Shown here: piece after piece, positions 59,401 to 64,000 of the stretch
How the letters are laid out: each line of letters starts with the position of its first letter
Numbering within the stretch: position 1 is the stretch's first letter
Assembly: GCA_030390025.1 (NCBI GenBank)
Contig: CM059432.1
Location: forward strand, 66,342,001-66,406,000
Length of the DNA: 64,000 nucleotides
Reading direction: 5' to 3'
Source: Squalus acanthias
Lineage: Eukaryota
The notes under the pieces: generated by a model
Seen by the model: the letters and a program-made list of their open reading frames with translations, nothing else
Database searches by the model: none
What the model was told of the DNA's origin: nothing
Position numbers and translations under genes: made by a program

Positions 59401-59930
59401 GCGGCCCTAGTTTTAATGTGGGGTTGGAAGAAACTTGTTTCTACAATGTCTTTTAACAGTTTAAACTCCTTCCAGTGTAAAAGGTAGCTTAAACTAGTAC
59501 GGAAATAGCATGAAAGTTAATTTGGGGAGCCATGTGTTTCATCTTCCTGATCTAATCACTCTCACAGTAGGAAACCTGTCAACTCTTGAGATCCTGGTTT
59601 TCTGGCTGATGATCACACTGTTTATGCATTGATGTAGATCAAAACACAGACTACATGATATGGGCTATTCTTTGTTTATGTAATCATTATTACCTCCCTA
59701 TTCAACTGATCAAATTGAACAATTACCCTAACTGTATCAGACACATTAATTACTCTAATCTACTCGCTTAATGTATTCCTCACAGCCCATTGAGGACTAA
59801 ATTCATTGCACATTATTTCATATCACTCCTACACACCCAAAACAGCTTCAGAACAAATCATAGCTCTTCACTGCCCAGATTCTAAAAGGTTTTATCATAC
59901 CAAGTATAAAGTGCACATGGAATTTTTCTT

Positions 59931-61350
59931 AAACAACAACTTACATTTATAAAGCACCTTTAATGTAATAAAACATTCTAAGATATTTCACTGAGGAATA
60001 ATTTAAAAAAAAGCAAAAGGAGATATTAGGAGGAGTGAAGGAGTGACCAAAAACATGGTCAAAGAGGTAGGGTTTAAGGGGGATTGAAAAAGGAGAGGGA
60101 GATGGAGAAGCAGGGAGGCCATTTCAGAGCGTGGGCCCAAGGCAGCTGGAGGTGTGGCTACTCATTGTGCAGCGAAGGAAGGGGGGATGCACGACAGGCT
60201 GGAGTCAGAAGAATGGAGAGTTTGGGGAGGGTGGGGGGGGGGCGGGGGTTGTAAGGCTGGTAAAGGTTGTAGAGTTAGGGACGGGTGAGGAATTGGAGGG
60301 ACTTAGACATGGGGAACAAAATTTTACATTGGCGACATTAGAGGACAAGAAACCAATGTAGATCAGCAAAGATAGAGGTGATTTGTTAGCGAGACTTGGT
60401 GTGGAAAAGGATACAGGCATCAGAATTTTGGATGAGCTTAAGTTTACAGAAGATGGAGAATGGGAGGTCTGCCAGGATAGTATAGTAATAGCAACATCTG
60501 GAAGTGAAAAAGGCATGGATGAGGGTTTTAATGGCTGATGGGCTGAGATTGGATGAAGGCAGGTAATGTCACGTAAGTGGATGTAATCTTTGTAGTGGAG
60601 ATGAGATGAGGTCAAAAGCTGGGCTCGGGGCTGAATAGCACACCAAGGTTGAAAACAGTCTGGCTCAGCTTGCCACTGGAAGGGGAATGGAGTACAGAGT
60701 TTGTGGTGGGGATGAAGATTTCCCAATGCTCAGCTGAAAGTATTTGCAGCTAATCCAAGACTGGGACAACTCGGAGGGAGTAAAGGGGCTGAGGAGGTGG
60801 TGGAGAGGTAGAGCTGCGTGGAAACTGACCCCATGTCTGCAGGTGATATCATGAAGAAGAGGAGGGGATTTCAGAAATACTGGTATGGGGGTGGGAAGAG
60901 AAGCCAATGCTAGAGGTGCTCTCACTATGTTCAGACAGATAAGAGTAGAAACAAAGAAGGGCAATGCCATCGAACTGGAAAACCGATGAGAGGGTTGGGA
61001 GGAGAATGACGTAGTTGACTGTGTCAAAGGCTGCAGAGAGGTCAAGGAGGACAAGAAGTCACAGTCACAAAATAGTCATCTGTGACTTTAGTTAGGGATA
61101 TTTCAGTACTGTCATAAGGGTGGAAACCTGATTAGAGGGATTCAAACAGGGTGTTGCATTAGAGATGGGCACAGGTCTGATCAGCGAAACAATGCATTTA
61201 AGGACCTTGTAGAGGAATGCGAGTTTTAAGATGGGGTAGATGTGTGCAAAGACAGAGAGGTCGAGCATGGGATTTTTGAGGAGAGAGGTGATGGCAGTGG
61301 TTTTGGAGAGAAGGGGGAAAGTGCTTGAGGAGAGAAAATCATCTACAATG
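59931..61350 (-). mobile_element. Old degenerate L2 LINE
   Basis: Colinear with 42890-44433 (3' end AACAACAACTTACATTTATAAAGCACCTTTAATG). Frameshifted RT fragments. Confidence 0.8.
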
Positions 61351-61394
61351 GTAGGGAGATAGTGAAGGTTCTACTGGGGGCAAGTGATTGTTAG

Positions 61395-61537
61395 AAAGGA
61401 AGAGCTTTCATTTATACAGTGTCTTTCATGTCCTCAGAATGTCCCAAAGCAGTTCACAGCCAATTAAGTATTTTTAAAGTGTAGTCAGTGTTGTTACATA
61501 GGCAAAGGCGACAGCCAATCTGCGCACAGCAAGGTCC
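61395..61537 (-). mobile_element. 3' fragment of SacSINE1-like SINE
   Basis: Reverse complement of ~14785-14924. Confidence 0.75.
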
Positions 61538-61574
61538 TAGTGGACCTGAGCGGCGGCAGCAGTGGAGGAGGCAG

Positions 61575-63172
61575 TATTTAAACCAAGCAAAGTAGATAAG
61601 TCACCAGGACTGGGTGGGATGCATCCTAGGATGCTGAGCGAAGTAAAGGTTAAAATTGCGGAGGTACTGGCCATAATCTTCCAATCCTCCTTGGGAGTGG
61701 TGCCAGAGGACTGGTGAATTGTAAATGTAACACCCTTGTTCAAAAAAGGGTGTAAGGATAAACCCAGCAACTACAGGCCAGTCAGTTTAACCTCGGTAGT
61801 GGGGAAGCTTTTAGAAACGATAATCCGGTACAAAATGAACAGTCACTTGGACAAGTGTAGATTAATTAAGGAAAGCCAGCATGGATTAGTTAAAGGCAAA
61901 TCGTGTTTAACTAACTTGATCGAGTTTTTTGATGAGGTAACAGAGAGGGTTGATGAGGGCAATGTAGGTTGACGTGGTGCACATGGACTTCCAAAAGGCG
62001 TTTGATAAAGTGCCACATAATAGGCTTGCCAGCAAAGTTGAAGCCCATGGAATAAAAGGGACAGTGGCAGCATGGATACGAAATTGGCTAAGTGACAGGA
62101 AACAGAGCATAGTGGTGAACGGTTGTTTTTCGAACTGGAGGAAGCTACACAGTGGTGTTTCCCAGGGGTCGGTACTAGGACCACTGCTTTTCTTGAAATA
62201 TATTAATGACTCAGACTTGGGTGTAGAAGGCACAATTTCAAAATCTGCAGATGACACAAAGCTTGGAAGTATGGTGAACAGTGAGGAGGATAGTGATAGA
62301 CTTGAAGAAGACATGGACAGGCTGGTGAAATGGGTGTAAACATGACAGATGAAATTTAACGCAGAAAAGTGCAAAGTGATACATTTTGGTAGGAAGAACA
62401 AGGCGAGGCAATATAAACTAAAGGGTACAATCCTAAAGAGGGTGCATGAACAGAGAGACCTGGGGGTATATGTGCACAAATCGTTGAAGGTGGCAGGTCA
62501 GGTTGAGAAAGCGGTTAAAAAAGCATACGGGATCCTGGGCTTCATAAATAGAGGCATAGAGTACAAAAGCAAGGAAGTTATGATGAACCTTTATAAAACA
62601 CTGGTTCAGCCTCAACTGGATTATTGTGTCCAATTCTGGGCACCACACTTTAGGAAGGATGTGAAGGCCTTAGAGAGGGTGCAGAAAAGAGTTACGAGAA
62701 TTGTTCCAGGGATGAGGGACTTCAGTTACGTGGATAGACTAGAGAAGCTGGGATCGTTCTCCTTAGAGCAGAGAAGGTTGAGAGGAGATTTGATCGAGAT
62801 GTTCAAAATCATGAGGGGTCTAGACAGAGTAGATAGAGAAAAACTGTTCCCATTGGCAGAAGGGTCGAGAACCAGAGGACACAGATTTAAGGTGATTGGC
62901 AGAAGAACCAAAGTTGACATCAGGAAAAACCATTTTACACAGCGAGTGGTAAGGATCTGGAATGCACTGCCTGAAAGGGTGGTGGAGGCAGATTCAATCG
63001 TGGCTTTCAAAAGGGAATTGGATAAGTACCTGAAGGAAAAAAATTTGCAGGGAAACGGAGAAAGGGCGGGGGGAGTGGGATTAGCTGAAGTGCTCTTGCA
63101 GAGAGACGGCACGGACTCGACGGGCCAAATGGCCTCCTTCTGTGTTGTACCCATTCTATGATGCTATGATTC
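61575..63172 (+). mobile_element. 5'-truncated CR1
   Basis: ORFs 61736..61972, 61974..62339 and 62349..63161. Tail ATTCTATGATGCTATGATTCTA. Confidence 0.95.
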
Positions 63173-64000
63173 TAAGGAAGAGGGTAGTCAGGAGCAATGT
63201 TGGCCCCTTAAAAACTGAAAGCGGTGATATTGTCAATGATAATAAGGAAATGGCGGACATGTTGAATAATTATTTAGCATCAGTATTTACAGTAGAAGAA
63301 AAGGATAACATGCCGGAAATCCCAAGGAAACTAATATTAAATTGGGGACAGTGACTCAATAAAATTAACGTAAGTAAAATAACAGTATTGAAGAAAATAA
63401 TGGCACTAAAGAGTGACAAATTCCCAGGGCCAGATGGTTTCCATCCCAGGATTTTAAAAGAAGTAGGTGAGCACATTGCAGATGCCCTAACTATAATCTT
63501 CCAAAGTTCTCTAGATTAAGGAACCATCCCTTTAGATTGGAAAATTGCGCCTGTCACTCTGCTATTTAAGAATGGTGAGAGGGAAACCAGGGAATTATAA
63601 ACCAGTTAACTTAACATCTGTTGTCGGGAAATTGCTAGAGTCTATAATTAAGGATAGGGTGACTGAAAATCTCGAAAATTTTCAGTTGATCAGAGAGAGC
63701 CAGCATGGATTTGTGAAAGGCAGGTCATGCCTGACAAACCTGATTGAATTTTTTGAAGAGATGACTAAAGTAGTGGACAGGGGAATGTCTATGGATGTTA
63801 TTTATATGGACTTCTAGAAGGCATTTGATAAAGTCCCACATAAGAGACTGTTAACTAAGGTAAAAGCCCACGGTATTGAGGGCAAATTATTGACCTGGTT
63901 CGGAAATTGGCTGAGTTGCAGGAGACAGAGAGTAGGGATAATGGGTAGGTGCTCAAATTGGCAGGAGGTGACTAGTGGTGTCGCACAGGGATCTGTGTTG
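63173..64000 (+). mobile_element. CR1 fragment running off the window
   Basis: ORFs 63142..63354 and 63545..63817. Confidence 0.9.

Overview
Eukaryotic, transposon-saturated vertebrate DNA, most likely a cartilaginous fish (shark). This is inferred from a SacSINE1/DeuSINE-type SINE and the style of the CR1, L2 and RTE LINEs. I found no convincing host protein-coding exon, so the window looks intronic or intergenic. It is a deeply nested TE stack. (1) About 15 CR1 fragments, 2 L2, 1 RTE and 1 other CR1/Jockey-group LINE. (2) A diverse PIF/Harbinger community: two full-length two-gene elements (29375-33553, 34251-38285), each with a 3-exon Myb/SANT gene convergent with an intronless DDE transposase; a 'Myb-only' element lacking the nuclease core (16683-19910); deletion derivatives; MITEs with 3-bp TSDs; and several ancient Myb relics. 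(3) Short Penelope-type pseudo-LTR insertions carrying minimal hammerhead ribozyme cores, one as an 85-bp-arm palindrome. (4) An intron-containing tRNA-Arg(TCT) pseudogene. (5) A TE-free island with a dense STAT/AP-1/ETS/GATA/NFAT/TATA motif cluster. Family names come from recall and by-eye translation, not database searches, and boundaries of old fragments are approximate.
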